Origin: Amoebidium appalachense
Lineage: Eukaryota > Protista > Ichthyosporea
Reading direction: 5' to 3'
DNA: 64,000 nt
Assembly: GCA_963693365.1 (NCBI GenBank)
Contig: CAVNZM010000005.1
Coordinates: 11,121,728-11,185,727, forward strand
The notes below the pieces were generated by a model that saw only the letters and a program-made list of their open reading frames with translations, ran no database searches and was not told the origin of the DNA. Made by a program: the position numbers and the translations under genes. Of the stretch, positions 32,907-47,091 are shown piece after piece. Numbering within the stretch: position 1 is the first letter of the stretch; the number at the start of each line of letters is the position of its first letter.

Positions 32907-34079
32907 AAGGGGAGGAGGGGAGGAAGGGGGGGGGGGGGGGAGGGGGGGGTAATAGAGTGTGTTTAACAGTACAAGCACAAGTGTAGAAGCAACACCGGAA
33001 GACTAACAACTCCCTTTCCACAACTAATAAAAGCATCCACGCAGCACAAGCTTAAACTATTAATTGACTAGCCCTAGTGACATTTCGAGGACTTACACAA
33101 GATATGTGGCAGTTGGTACTGGAGGAAAGTCCAACAAAGCTTACAGCCACAGGAGAACAAAGAAAAAGATACAAAAGGCGATCTAACGCAAGTGCAGGCC
33201 TGTATGACGGGCCATCTCGATCGTGAATCCCTACACAATTCTAACCTCCTGACCATGAACCCAAACCCCTCATCGTTTCACATCTGAGCGGGGGTGGGCC
33301 TCTCTTACCGGAAGCGTTCAGGCGGCCGCCCATGAACCAGCTGATAGCACCCTCGGTCAGGTTGCTACCGTTGACCTGCAGCAGATGGATCAGTAACAGG
33401 AAAAGAGCCATGTTTGCTAGGGAGTGAGATGGGCGGATACTGGTGCAGGGGGGTGACGGATGCAACGAGAAGGCGAGAGAATTGGTCCATGAAGGCTTCG
33501 AAAGTTTGTTGGGGAAAAAAAGCGTTACTAAGTAAGGCTGAGTTGTGGCATAACATAGAACTGACGTATCCGCCAGTTGCTCGTCCCACCTCTTCCCCCC
33601 CCCCCCCCTCCCCCAAGCTGCCAACCACGACTACTTACGAAGTCGTAGGGGCGCTCCCAGTGAATGTGCTTCTTGGCCATCTCATCCCAGAACTCGTCGG
33701 GGTTGGCGATGGACCTCCGGTACATGGCCCGGTAGGCGCGAGACCCACCTATCCCGTACATCAGTTAGGCAATAAACAAGGCACACACCCTAAACGGATG
33801 CAATAGCAGTTTTGCGACGTTTGCCATCGCCGTCTGGCAAGCTGAACCGGCCCTCATAGTTCTTCAACACTACAGCTGTTAACTAACAGCAGCAATCCTC
33901 AACGGGTAGCAAGAAGAGACAGGCGGAACTGTGGAGCGAGTACAAAAAGCGCGGCAGGGAGAGCAGAGATTACCTGCAATGGGCAGCTTCTCGGCATAGC
34001 TGTGGTCGTTCTTGAACAGCATACTAGGCTTGCTGGTGCTGAACCGAGCCACCCCTGCAGCCCCACCCTCAGTATCCAT
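26157..34079 (-). CDS. acs: Acetyl-CoA synthetase (AMP-forming), 16 exons: 34079-33974, 33748-33639, 33375-33309, 32728-32485, 31826-31774, 31537-31428, 30864-30784, 30387-30247, 29897-29750, 29201-29135, 28789-28719, 28436-28258, 27831-27718, 27440-27283, 26938-26739, 26299-26157
   Basis: Exons join in frame. Motifs [67 protein letters not shown] and [12 protein letters not shown]. The N-terminus is uncertain (see findings). Confidence 0.95.
26436..26535 (-). mobile_element. Same repeat family, copy B (5'-truncated), in the last acs intron
   Basis: Reverse complement reads TGGGCTCTGCTTATTATGCATAC...CATTCAAA then poly-C. A C4 run flanks the 5' side. Confidence 0.8.
31917..32066 (-). mobile_element. 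Same repeat family, copy C, in acs intron 4
   Basis: GAATAGGTCGAAACTCGGG...CATTCAAA with C-runs on both sides. Confidence 0.8.
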
Positions 34080-35724
34080 ACCCCTTAAATGCCAAGAGAA
34101 ACATGGCGCTGCTGCTATTTCTCTTCGCCTCCGTTTTTAAAAGCTCTGCGTTTTGAAGTTACGAGTGGAATACTCAACTCAAGCGCAGTCGTTTCTACGG
34201 CCATTTTGTTACATTGTGCAGTGGAATCATGCAACTTCCACCAACAAGCGTTTAGTGCAGAACGTTCTCTCTCACAAGCGTTTACACACCCATCAGCTCT
34301 AATAAATGGGAAGGCTTCGAAGGGAACATACGTTGGGTGGCGGCCACGCGCAGAGCGCGGGAGGCGGGGGCAACGACTCTACCGACAGCCATGGTTACTC
34401 CCAGACACACCCAGGCTCAACACGGTCCTTTAGGCCGCACATAGGTTTTATACCCGCAACGTCTTGAAAGAAGGGGGACAACATAAACATAAGACAGCAT
34501 GATGCTAACTAAAGTAAAATGTACAGGACTTTAAAGCGGTATTTTAATGTTTATAACTAATTGCTTAAGGTGGCGAACGCATAAATAGAATGTAAATATG
34601 TTTGTTGTCTTTGCCAACTTGAAGCCAATCAAACGAGGCCTACCAAAAAAGGCTTCTGCCCACGCGATTGGACGCTGGTCCGCGGGTGGGAACGGCCGAA
34701 AGCCACTTGTTTGTAGTAACAAAGGGGATTATGAAAAGAGTACAAAAAACTCGAATTCGATGACAAAGTGCCATTTTCGCTTTTTTTGCCTTTAGAAAAC
34801 TGGTGTATTTTGCCTTGCACATGTGATGTGATTATAAGCTAAGTTAATTAGCTAACCAACAGTTACCAACTGATCACTCTTTTTGCTCTTTTTTGTGATC
34901 AGTGAGCTTATCTTGAGGAGTGCAAATACCATAAAAGAAGCAGCCTGATCCCAAGGTTCCAACTCTATTCTCTAGACTAGAGAGTTGCATACAACATCAA
35001 GCAAACACATAACATCAACCATTATTTGATTATTTACATTATCTGAATTAATAAAATATTTCTATGCTAAATGCTAAAGACATGAGAGTTTTTCCGTAGA
35101 ATGTTTTACAAACATGGTAACCAGATAATTGGTGTTTGTCAACAAACGAGCTGATTGGTAAGAAAAAATCTTCACCAGCCAATCATACCAGAGAAAGTCG
35201 CCATCCAATTAGAAACGCGCACTAAAAGCATTGGTATATAGTAGTAGGCGTCGGCCCAATCGCTCACAAAACAACAACGTTTTCAGTTTGGTTCGTGAAC
35301 TGACGTGAGACTGTGGGTCTCCCTTCAAAGTCTGGATAAATGGAAATCATAAGCTTCAAAAAAAATAAGAAGTAAAATAAGAGGTCTGGTGGCACCATGC
35401 AATAGGGCAATGTCGATCGTGCCGTGACTGTTTGTTGAGTCTTTTAGTTGGGACCTCAAACATAGACATTGCAATTGCCATTGCCATGCAATCTTTTGTA
35501 CACATATGCACACATATACAGCCTGGACATACAACCATGAAGACGCAGTCTAATTAACACAGGCACACACGCACACGCACACGCACGAGTACACGTGCGC
35601 ACACGCACACGCACACAGACACACACACACACACACAGGCACACACAGGCACACACGCACACGCAACAGTACACGTGCGCACACGCACACGCACACAGAC
35701 ACAGACACACACGCACGCACACAC

Positions 35725-35776
<52 letters not shown>

Positions 35777-37519
35777 TTTGATTAGCACGTACCGAACACA
35801 TATGCACTCACATGCACATACACCGATAGCTGATGGATCGGCCCAAACTAGTACTTGCATGGCTTCACCGTGACACAAGCAAGCCTAACACACATACACA
35901 CACTTTCACATGTTCGTTCGCATGCAAGCACAAGCGCCCGCTCGCGCGCACACATAAACAAACACGCACATGTACACATGTACACACACACACACACACA
36001 CACACAAGTACATATGTAGATGGTGTACACATGTCAGCACACACAGACAGACAGACACACCGCGCACACACACACAGTGTACAAATGCCAGGCACATACA
36101 TACTCTCATACTCACAAACACACCCACTTTTTTAGTGTAGTACCACGGTGCCCATACAATGTATTACCCCGACCGCCGGTAGATTCAAACCCGGCCACAC
36201 ATGGCTGCAAACACTACCAGGAAACCTGTAACTTTTGCATGCACGTGCGTTTGCACACACAGACACACTCACTGCGGCCAAGCAGCACAATGTGATACGA
36301 CATATATCCATACCCACACAAGGCACAAACAAAGCACACACAATTACACACACGTATACAAAGTTTTAACACTTACGCACACACACACACACATACACAC
36401 ACACAGTCGACATGTTTACACACCGGCATATATGTACACACGACGTTTAAAACCAAATCGCAACCTGTGGTAACTGTCAACGTACATTAGCACACACAGC
36501 CTGCAAGCTGATCTTCCACACACACACACACACACACAGGACCTGTGACATATGCTTGTGTGGGGGAGCGTCAGTATTGGTGCATGCTTCTGTATATGCA
36601 CACTGGGGTGTGGATGATTATTCCCACAAGATGACGCTAAGGTCTATGGCCTTACACGCTAGTCAAAACCCAATTGCAAGTTTTCTGTCGCCTAATGTTG
36701 CTGACCGTTTTAGATCGAAAACTTGTTACGTACCAACTGCAAAAACCTCATCACTGATAAGTTATGTGAGTAATCCTCCATCTCATGATCATAGTTTATA
36801 ACCATTGATCTTATTTTGATCTGCCCCCCGCCTCCAATTCCCCCAAACCACCACGCATCGCACACAAAGCACTGCCCTGTGGAATTCCAGAGGCCTGTGC
36901 CCGTTCATTCAGCTACCCCCTCCCTCCTCCCCCCTCCTTCCCCCCCTCACCCCCTCCCCCCAGCTACCTTCTGAGGTAGCTCTTATTTTTCAAGTGTGCA
37001 AACAAGGGGCCGCGGACGTTGCCGGAGAGGGGCTGATCACGTGACTCACCTACCCTTGAAAACTAGACAGCGTCGATTCATTCGTACATAGGCTGGAGGG
37101 CACGGTCAGGACGTGCCAGCCCTCCCCCTTTCCTCTCCATAGAGAGCAATCACGGACAAGGGGTTGGGCTTCCCGAGCTTTTTCCCCCTCCAAACATCAT
37201 TCTCCTTTTGATATTTCTACTCCCTCGATCATGCCACGGCGGTTTCTACACAAAGTTGTCTCGATGTTGTAGCCACAATGTATGCAAAGGGCCACTTAAT
37301 TGAATCAGTCGACATTTTTCAGGTATTTCTGACATCGTGTTTTTCTTGCTGTGCACCAAAACCGGAGCGTTGCTGCCATGGCCAGCCTTATCCTCCAATT
37401 GTACCGCATACAAAATTCCGGACCCCACGACACCAAACACACCCCTTTTGGACCCCCCCCCCCCCCCCCCTGGATAGAGATCTATGGATAGGAGAGGTAT
37501 GGTCAACCCCCCCCCCCCC

Positions 37520-37555
<36 letters not shown>

Positions 37556-37626
37556 CCCCCCCAGCGCCCCGGCCCACCACCACCACCACCACCACCACCA
37601 CCGCACACCACACACACACACCACAC

Positions 37627-37662
<36 letters not shown>

Positions 37663-37879
37663 CACACGTGCACACACACACATAGTGGGAGTGTGTCCAG
37701 CCTGTCCGTAGCATTTGTGCAATAAATTTATGCTAATCAGATCTATTTTTTTGTTTTTTTTGGTTGGGTGGGTGGTGGTGGGGGGGGGGGGAGGGGGGCA
37801 AACGTGTGTGCACACCTTCCCCCCTCCCCCCCCCCTCCCCCCCTTTCTAAGACTCTTTCTCTCTCTCTCTTTCTCCGGA

Positions 37880-37926
<47 letters not shown>

Positions 37927-38565
37927 CCCCGCCCTCCTCTTTAATCCAGTAAAAAACTCCAAGCCCAGCCCGGCAGCAATAGTCAGTGAAGTCAAAATTA
38001 TTAATGAATATCAGTACAAAATTTTAAACCCCATTCAACTCCAGCTGCAGCCCGTTTCAACAGCCAAAGCCTAACTGCACGTACCACAATTGTATTGTGT
38101 GCCAGCCCTGCCAACCCAGCACCACCATATGCATGTGGCCATCAATCTAAATTAGAGGCACACGTGTGTAATGACGACATCAAAAGTGGAACCTTTCCGT
38201 TTCACTTCTTACACAAGGAGTGCCACTTACACCCACACAATTGATTAAGATGTGCCTAACTGCACGTGCCAACGTCACACCCCCCTAAGTTATTATAACG
38301 TCATAACAATTGCCGAACCGAGGCCTCAAAGCCTCAGGTTACTTGGACTCATATAGGTAGGGGTAGCTATCAATTGCTGACTGTTCTTCCATCAGATTCT
38401 GTCCTATTTAGGACTCATTCCTCCTCCTCCCCTCCCCTCCCCCCCCCCCTCCCCCCCCCCCCCCCCCTTCCGAACGTCCCCCCCGACACCACGCATATCT
38501 AAGCCACAATTAGCAATAAAGGCAACCTTGTTTGTCCAAGGAAATACTGTCCCCCCCTCACTCCC

Positions 38566-38626
<61 letters not shown>

Positions 38627-38814
38627 CCTGCCCCCCCTTGTCCCCCATCCTGCACCCCTCACCCCTCCCCCCTCCCCCCTCCCCCCCCTTCGATCCCCCC
38701 GTGGCGGTGAAGAAACACTTCTCAAATCAATCATATGTCTTAGTCATCAGTTTGAAGTGTCTCAACTTCATTTAACCCCCCCTCCCCCCCCCCCTCTCCC
38801 CCCCCCCCCCCCCC

Positions 38815-38865
<51 letters not shown>

Positions 38866-39147
38866 TGGCCCCTCTCCCCCCTCCTCCCTCTCTTTCCACC
38901 CACACCTCGAAAACCAGGGCTGCCCTTTCCTTCACCCCGGAACACCAATGCACGGTCAAACACACCCACGGTGGTTGTGATGTCGATTGCAGCCCACCAA
39001 AACCCAGCTGCCCGGCACTCATCCATCGTTTCCACACACATCTTCACATGTACATGCACACGGCCATCGTGTTCAGACCCACACCAAGTGCTCAATACAC
39101 ACGTGTGCACACATATATGTACACGCACACACACACACACACGCAAG

Positions 39148-39183
<36 letters not shown>

Positions 39184-40541
39184 ACCACACACACACACAC
39201 ACACACACACATGCACAATAAAATTGAACTTTCGCGCTTACTGGTAGCAGCAAATGGGCACTTCGAAGCAGATGGTTGAACATGGGCAGACACAGGACGC
39301 AAATAGTCTCCAGTTTGACTTGATAAGCAAGTGCACCGGTTTATTGGCCATTTTTGCATTAATGGGTTTACCATCCAAATGTACTTACAAGGTGCTACTT
39401 ATAGTCTACGTATGCACACGTCTATAAACACGAGTTATTGCAGTGCAATGTACATCACCAAGGTTTTTTTTGTTTGTTTATATATATATTTTGTTTTGTT
39501 TTCCCGTAATGGGTTTAATTTATGCTGCGAAACCTATACACCAGATCTATATATATTTCCACAAATGGCACCTAAACAGCATATTCATATTTTTACACAT
39601 ATATCAAAGCATATTACATGGTCACGCGCCAAAACTTTAGTAGTGAAAAGACAATTTTGGCTTTGTAAAAATTTGCGACTCATGCCAATGGCCATCCAAC
39701 TCACACCCCCCTAAAAAAAGGAATAAAGAATAAAAGAGGAAGAGAAATAAGCCCCTTGTACACATCATAAGCTGTTTGGAGCGGATAGAAACAAACGACG
39801 GTAGCACCAAGAAGCCAATCAAATGTTTTCTGTAAGTCTGGCAACATCCAAATTGTTATTCTCCTTACAGTTGCTTTACTAAAGCCCCCAAATATCGGCG
39901 ATGCATATGGGGAAAATCTGAAAAGAAACAGACGAAAGATCAAAGCACAGCACCAAGCCCTACCACCACATCCACCCCATTTTACAGCTATACCTCCCTC
40001 ACTTCACAACTAGAAACTTTTCTCCCAGGTCCGATGAGCCAATCAAAACACTGCCAGCCGTCCAGCCAATCAGCCGTCTGCGCTTGTGCTTTCCATTTGC
40101 ATGCCTCCACCAATCACAATCCTCCGATGCATCTTCTTTCCGACCGCCCGTGGTCTTACCCTACACCCCATAATTCAAGTCAGATGCTACCCTGGCATTT
40201 ATTGCCCAGTATAAAAAGACGTGGGGTGCAACACCCCCCCCCCCCCCCCCCCTGGCCCCACATCACCGTTCCTCTACCCCGGTCCCAGTCGGATTTGTAC
40301 ACACAAATACACGCCGTCGAAAATCAAAAAGGCGAGAAAATATCAGGCCAAAGGGGGGGGAGGAGGTGGGGGGAATCGCAGGGTGGCGCGGGGGGTGGGG
40401 GTATGTAGGAGGGGAGGGGGGGAAGGGGGGAGGGGGGGAGAGGGGGGGAATAGGGAAAGGGCACACACCGGCTAGGCCGAAGATCGAAAGCAGCCCTCCA
40501 CAACACCCACGAAGGGTCCTGCACCTCCACACGACATCGGT

Positions 40542-40599
<58 letters not shown>

Positions 40600-40645
40600 C
40601 GAGTGTTTGAGTGTGAGTGTGTGAGTGTGTGTGAGTGTGTGTGAG

Positions 40646-40652
40646 TGTGTGT

Positions 40653-40709
<57 letters not shown>

Positions 40710-40804
40710 TGGAAGGAGGATGGGAAAGGTGGTTGAAAATTATGGAGGTTTAGATGTTTATCCTTTACTCTGCACAAAAGCCTCTAAGCAGACCATCACC
40801 CCAG

Positions 40805-40865
<61 letters not shown>

Positions 40866-40960
40866 TGGAAGGAGGATGGGAAAGGTGGTTGCAAATTATG
40901 GAGGTTTAGATGCTTATCCTTTACTCTGCACAAAAGCCTCTAAGCAGACCATCACCCCAG
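40646..40960. repeat. Tandem duplication of an approximately 155-bp unit: (TG)n plus about 105 bp of unique sequence
   Basis: 40700-40804 is nearly identical to 40857-40960. Confidence 0.9.
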
Positions 40961-41256
40961 CAGCAAGAGTCCATCCCTCCCCATGCACACAGCCAGAGCC
41001 ATCTTGGCCCCACACAGAGCACACGTGCATGAGTGTGCTGCCACCCTGAAATCTCCATTTGATTGGCTGCATGTCAGGTACACAAGGAGAGTGAGATGGT
41101 GCACGTGGGATGGTGAAACACGGGACACCTTCCTCGCGTTTTCGCGCATTAGGCAAGGGCAAAGCAAAATGATGAAACTTTGGCAGAGTGAATCGACGAT
41201 GATAATGCCAAAGGGATGGGGACGGGGGAAGGGAATGGGGGGGGGGGGGGGGGGGG

Positions 41257-41380
41257 TTGAATGCGTCAAAAAGTACGAAGTACACAAGAACAAACGGATA
41301 GCACGATGCAGAATGCAAGCCATACATAAAGGGTATGCATAATAAGCAGAGCCCATCCTCAGGGGGGGCCCACGTCATCC
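41257..41380 (-). mobile_element. Same repeat family, copy D (5'-truncated), in an intron of the kinase pseudogene
   Basis: GGATGACGTGGG...CATTCAA with C-runs on both sides. Confidence 0.8.
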
Positions 41381-42066
41381 GGGGGAGGTATCTTACCATC
41401 ACCAGCCTCAGTTTTCATTCGCTGCCAACCAACCCCCCAAACCCCCCAGGGGCCTTGCCCTCTGGGTGATAGTCTGGGGTGATGGGTTCTCTCCCGGCAG
41501 AGGGCTGCGCCTCCGGGCCACACCGGTGGGATCGTGACGGGGGGGGACGGAAAAAGAAAAAGCAAGGGGGGGTGGGCCGTGGGTGTGCAACTGCATGTGC
41601 ATGTGCATGTGCATGTGCATGTGCATGTGCATGTGCATGTGCATGTGGGTGGGCGGGCGTGTAATGCATGTGGCGTGCACGAGCATGTGCATGTGGCGTG
41701 GAGGCATATGCACCTAGTGGTGTGTGTGTGTGTGTGTGCTCTAGGGTGTCCATGCATGTGGGTGGGCCCTAGGTGCACCCAGCGGGGTGTGTGTCTAGTG
41801 GGAGCCAGCAGTGTACATTCAAGATGCAGACACAAAGGCACCACACACAGACACGAGGGCAGGCAGGCAGGCAGGCAGGGCAACACGGACACACAACACA
41901 ATGCAGGGATAGAGAGGAGAGACGGACCAAAAAAGCGAAAAAGAAAGGAAGAAGAGCCCCACCACCCGCCGTCACCCAAATGGGCCACAGACCCATTGGC
42001 TCACACAGAGCCCCGGATATGGCCCTCTGCAAGTCACCGCTTGCAGGTGGAGCGCTGCAGCTACTT

Positions 42067-42174
<108 letters not shown>

Positions 42175-42309
42175 TGTAGATGCGTGCGTGCACGCGCGCG
42201 CGTGCGTGTGTGTGTGCTTGTGTGTGTGTGTGTGTGTGTTGTTGGGTGTGTGTGTGTGTGGTTGTGTGTGTGTCTATGTGTGCATGTGTGGGTGCATGTG
42301 TGTGTGTGT

Positions 42310-42363
<54 letters not shown>

Positions 42364-43153
42364 TGCTTGTGTGTGTGTGTGTGTTTGCTCGTGCATGTGA
42401 ACGGGGAGGCAGTGTAAAGAGTGAGAAACGTAACCAGTGGGAAGGGCCAGATTTTTTTGGGAGCGGCACATCACCCAATCACAGTGCTTGATTGATTCTT
42501 CCTTGCTTCCTGCCTACTGCCAACACCAATCACTAATCGGGGGAAGATTCCAAGAACCAACATCAAAGAACAGATATCATTGGCCAGTCCCCTACCCTCT
42601 AACCAATTCGATTGGTTGCTGGGGCTACCAACCTCTCCCTCGGGGCCGCATCTGCTTTGTGGCTGGCAGGGGCTGGCTGGGTGGCCTCCGTCGGTGGGTG
42701 GGCAGTGCCTTGGTGGCTGGGGGGGGCTGTGGCCGGGCAAAGGGCCGTGGCTGTGTCGGTGCACTGCAGATGCACTGGGGGGGGGCAGATGTGCTTGCGC
42801 CTAGCTGGGGGGGGGGGGGGGGGAGGGGGGGCACAACAGACGCTTTAGTGAGCACGTGGGCAACCTACGGTCAACAGGGCATATTGCATACAAATAGCCA
42901 CCATACGAAGTGTTTGTGTAAATGGAGTTTGTCTGTCTGTTAGACTTAGTGTGTGTGTGTGTCTGTGTGTTGGAGACGGGGAATGGGGTTGTGGGAGTCT
43001 ATCTTGCCCCCGACTTAATTCATTTCATTCTCAGACTTCATAGCCGAGGGGCCGGGGGGGGGGGGGGCAATGTGAATTGTTCTTCCTTCCCTCCTCTTTT
43101 ACCCTCTTCTTTTCTTTTCTTTTCTTACTTTTGTTTTTGTGGTGGTGGTGGGT

Positions 43154-43246
<93 letters not shown>

Positions 43247-43362
43247 CTTGTTTTACGTTGGCATGTGGCTGTTGGGGTCAGGTCAGCTGGCTCACTCGTC
43301 ACCAGCAGAGAGCCTGCAGGGGGAGTGGCTCACGGTCAGGGCCCAGCAAGCAAGAGGAGGGA

Positions 43363-43752
43363 ACAACCAATCAGAAAGGGGAAAAGAAAGAGTAACCATC
43401 TAGAAAGGGGCAAAGAAAGAGTAACCAATTGGAACGAGGCAAAGAAAGAGTAACCATTCAGGAAAGGGGCAAAGAAAGAGCAACCAATTAGAAAGGGGCA
43501 AAGAAAGAGTAGCCAATTAGAAAGGGTCAAAGAAAGAGCAACCAAATAGAAAGGGACAAAGAAAGAGCAACCAAATAGAAAGGGACAAAGAAAGAGCAAC
43601 CAAATAGAAAGGGACAAAGAAAGAGCAACCAAATAGAAAGGGACAAAGAAAGAGCAACCAATCAGAAAGGGGCAATGAAAGGGTAACAATCAGAAAGGGG
43701 CAATGAAAGGGTAACAATCAGAAAGGGGCAATGAAAGGGTAACAATCAGAAA
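43363..43752. repeat. 28-30-bp purine-rich minisatellite (AAAGAAAGAGCAACCAAATAGAAAGGGAC), about 13 copies
   Basis: Read directly from the sequence. Unit variants are clustered along the array. Confidence 0.9.
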
Positions 43753-44127
43753 CAGGCAGAAAGTGCCAGAAACCGGTGTTACGACCAAATGTGAGTGGAA
43801 GGGAAATGAAACCGTGCGGATGAGCTAGTTGCTGGGGTGGTTTTGGGCGGAGGGGGGGGAAGGGGGGGGAGGGGGGAAGGGGTAAGGGGTTAGGGGGGGA
43901 GGGGAGGGGAGGGGGGAGGTGGGGTACAGGGGGGGGGGGGGGAAGGAGGGGGGAGGAATGGAGGCACCTTTGGCTCTTGGTCGGGGATTTGTTGGAGAGG
44001 GGGGATTCGGCGGCTGGGCGCTTGAGTGAGGGAAGGTCCCTGGGGGAGATCGTGTGAGCACGTGCAGGTCACGTGACTGGTACCAGCCAATGGGATTGCA
44101 GCACATCATGTAGCACGTGCACACCAA

Positions 44128-44610
44128 GCACTGCAATATGCACCACACTAAGACATACAAGCACACTGCACTGCAATATGTACCACACTAAGACATACAA
44201 GCACACTGCACTGCAGCATGTACCACACCAAGACATACAAGCACGCTGCACAGCAATATGTACCACACCAAGACATACAAGCACGCTGCACTGCAAATGT
44301 ACCAAACTAAGACATGCAAGCACACTGCACTGCAATATGTACCACACTAAGACATGCAAGCACACTGCACTGCAATATGTACCACACAAAGACATGCAAG
44401 CACACTGCACTGCAATATGTACCACACTAAGACATTCAAGCACACTGCACTGCAATATGTACCCACACTAAGGCATGCAAGCACACTGCACTGCAATATG
44501 TACCACACTAAGACATACAAGCACACTGCACTGCAATATGTACCACACTAAGACATGCAAGCACACTGCACTGCAATATGTACCACACTAAGACATACAA
44601 GCACACTGCA
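44128..44610. repeat. 39-41-bp minisatellite (GCACACTGCACTGCAATATGTACCACACTAAGACATACAA), about 12 copies
   Basis: Read directly from the sequence. Confidence 0.9.
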
Positions 44611-44992
44611 TACTACCCTTCAACCCATTTGCTATGTGGGCACATACCTGCTTGCCTCCTGCTTTCCCTCACACCGCCTCTTTCTGCCTGTCTCCTCCTC
44701 CTCCTCTTCATGTCTTCTCTTCCTGTCTGTCTGCTCCTTCACTTCTTCGTGTTTGCCCTGCTCATGTCTGTGGCAAATAATGCTCAATTTGTGCTCCCAA
44801 AGGTCTCCTGCCTCTATCTGCTCCTTGCTGTGTGCTTTCTCTGTCCCACTACTTTAGGCACCTACTCCACCCCTACCCCCTTGCTCTATGCATGCATTCA
44901 TGTTACCTTTTCAGGGCACGGGGAATCTTGCTGACTGGTAAGTCCTCATCGTCATCAGAGTCCGAGTCCGACTCACTGTCACTGTTCCTGTG

Positions 44993-45092
<100 letters not shown>

Positions 45093-45655
45093 CGTGTGTG
45101 TGTGTATGTGTGTTGCATGCATGCATGTGTGCGCGGGTGCATATACGTTGTGCTCTTGTCTGCGTTGGTGGGCGGGCCGGGGGGGGAGGCCGGGAGGGGA
45201 GGCGGGGGGGGAGGGGAGACATCAGTGAGCAAGGAGTGGGTACAGACACAACCGAACAGATCGAGAGGTGGGGTGAGGGGTAGGCACATATAGTGGCAGG
45301 CAGGGGGGAGGGGTTCCAGCTCGATGGATGGAATGCAGGGGAGAGGGATGGGGGGGGGGGGGGGTGCCCCCGGGGGGGGGGGGGGGAGGGGGGGGGAGGA
45401 AGAGTTGGGGGGGGGGGGGGGGGGGGGAGGGGAAGGGGCGGGGGGGAGAGAGAGAAAAGAGAGAGGAAGGGAGAGAGAGATGGGCAGAGCAGGGTGGGCC
45501 ACCTGTGCATGGTCAGTGGTTTTGCCGCTGTGCCATCCTCATCCTCATTCTCGGATTCGGAATCCGACTCGGCATAAGGCCTGGGGGTGGGTGCGAGGAG
45601 TCAGTGTGTGTGTGCGTATGCGTGCGCCCGCAAGTGTGTGTGTGCATGCGCGCAG

Positions 45656-45698
<43 letters not shown>

Positions 45699-46133
45699 TG
45701 TGTGTGTGCTTGTGCCCTTGTGCACGTGCCTGTGTCGCACAAGTTTGCAGGCGAGGGTGGCTAGCTGGGTGGGTGCCTAAAAGGGGGACTATTTCCAGCA
45801 CCCAGCAAGAGCATCACAAGTGCAATACCTTAGGGGTTGGACTTTAATGGCGGCAGCTGAGCCCTTGTTCTCATGTGCCTCATTTTGATTGGTTGCTGGG
45901 CTGGACATGCTCTCAGCAGACACCAATCTGGTTGGAATCAGCCAATCAAAACACCGTATTCAAACCGCCACAGATAGGACTTGCACAATTTACTTGCAGC
46001 CAACCAGGAAAGGGGGGAGGAGGTTCAACATATATGATCAGAGGGACTTCAAAACAAAAAGACAGGCCACAGGGGAGAGAGGAGCCGAAAACATGGGTGG
46101 TTGTGTGTGTGTATGTGTGTGTGGGGAGGGGGG

Positions 46134-46168
<35 letters not shown>

Positions 46169-46570
46169 GGCTTGGGTTGCAAGCACGGATACTTGCAAAA
46201 AAGAAGAGAAGAGTCAAGAAACCCCAGTTAGGGGGGGAGGGAGGGGGGGGGGAAGGAGGGGAGACTGGGGGGGAAGGAGGGAGGGCTGGGGCGCTAGGGG
46301 TTTGGCGTTGTGCACACACCCTCCACCGTGGCGGGTGCACACACGGTGCCGAGGGCTGTCTCTTCGTCTCCCTCCGCCCAATCATCACTGCCGGCCGGCA
46401 GCGGTCTGTATGCCATTGGCCAATCAGAACACTTCAATAGGCCTTAAAGACAGTACACGACCCGTCCTCCCTGCTCCCCCCTCCCCCCCCCCCCCCACAT
46501 CTTCTTTACTATCACTCACACCCAAAGGGGTAGCAACACTTGCAAGCCGACCGGGAGGATGGGGGGAGGT

Positions 46571-46608
<38 letters not shown>

Positions 46609-46989
46609 CTGGGCATAAGAGAGGTACGGGAATGCAGGCAGGCACAAAAAAAAAAAAAGACAAATTGTGTTCCCGAAGTATTCATGGCTAATCGGTGTCT
46701 TCTGCATGTTTGGAGCTCGGCAGGTTTTTTGTACCCCCCCCCCCCCCCCCCCCCCCCCCCATCCCATTTTTTCCTCTTCTCTTCTCCCTCCCTCTCTTTT
46801 CTTTCTTTCTTTCTTTCTTTCTTTTGTTTTTTGTTTCTTGTTTTTTTTCAGGGAGGGAACGCACGTCAGCTCGGCCAACATGTCTCTGACGTGGGGGCTG
46901 AGGGCAGAGGCCAGGTCAAAGGCCCCTTGGAGGCCGGCATTGGGCATGCCCGTGTACTGGTTGATAGAGCCATGCATGGCATACACCCA

Positions 46990-47091
<102 letters not shown>

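Noticed and set aside
36640-36685. Peptide LWPYTLVKTQLQV resembling a mitochondrial-carrier signature
   Set aside because: It is preceded by in-frame stops and has no supporting exons; probably chance.
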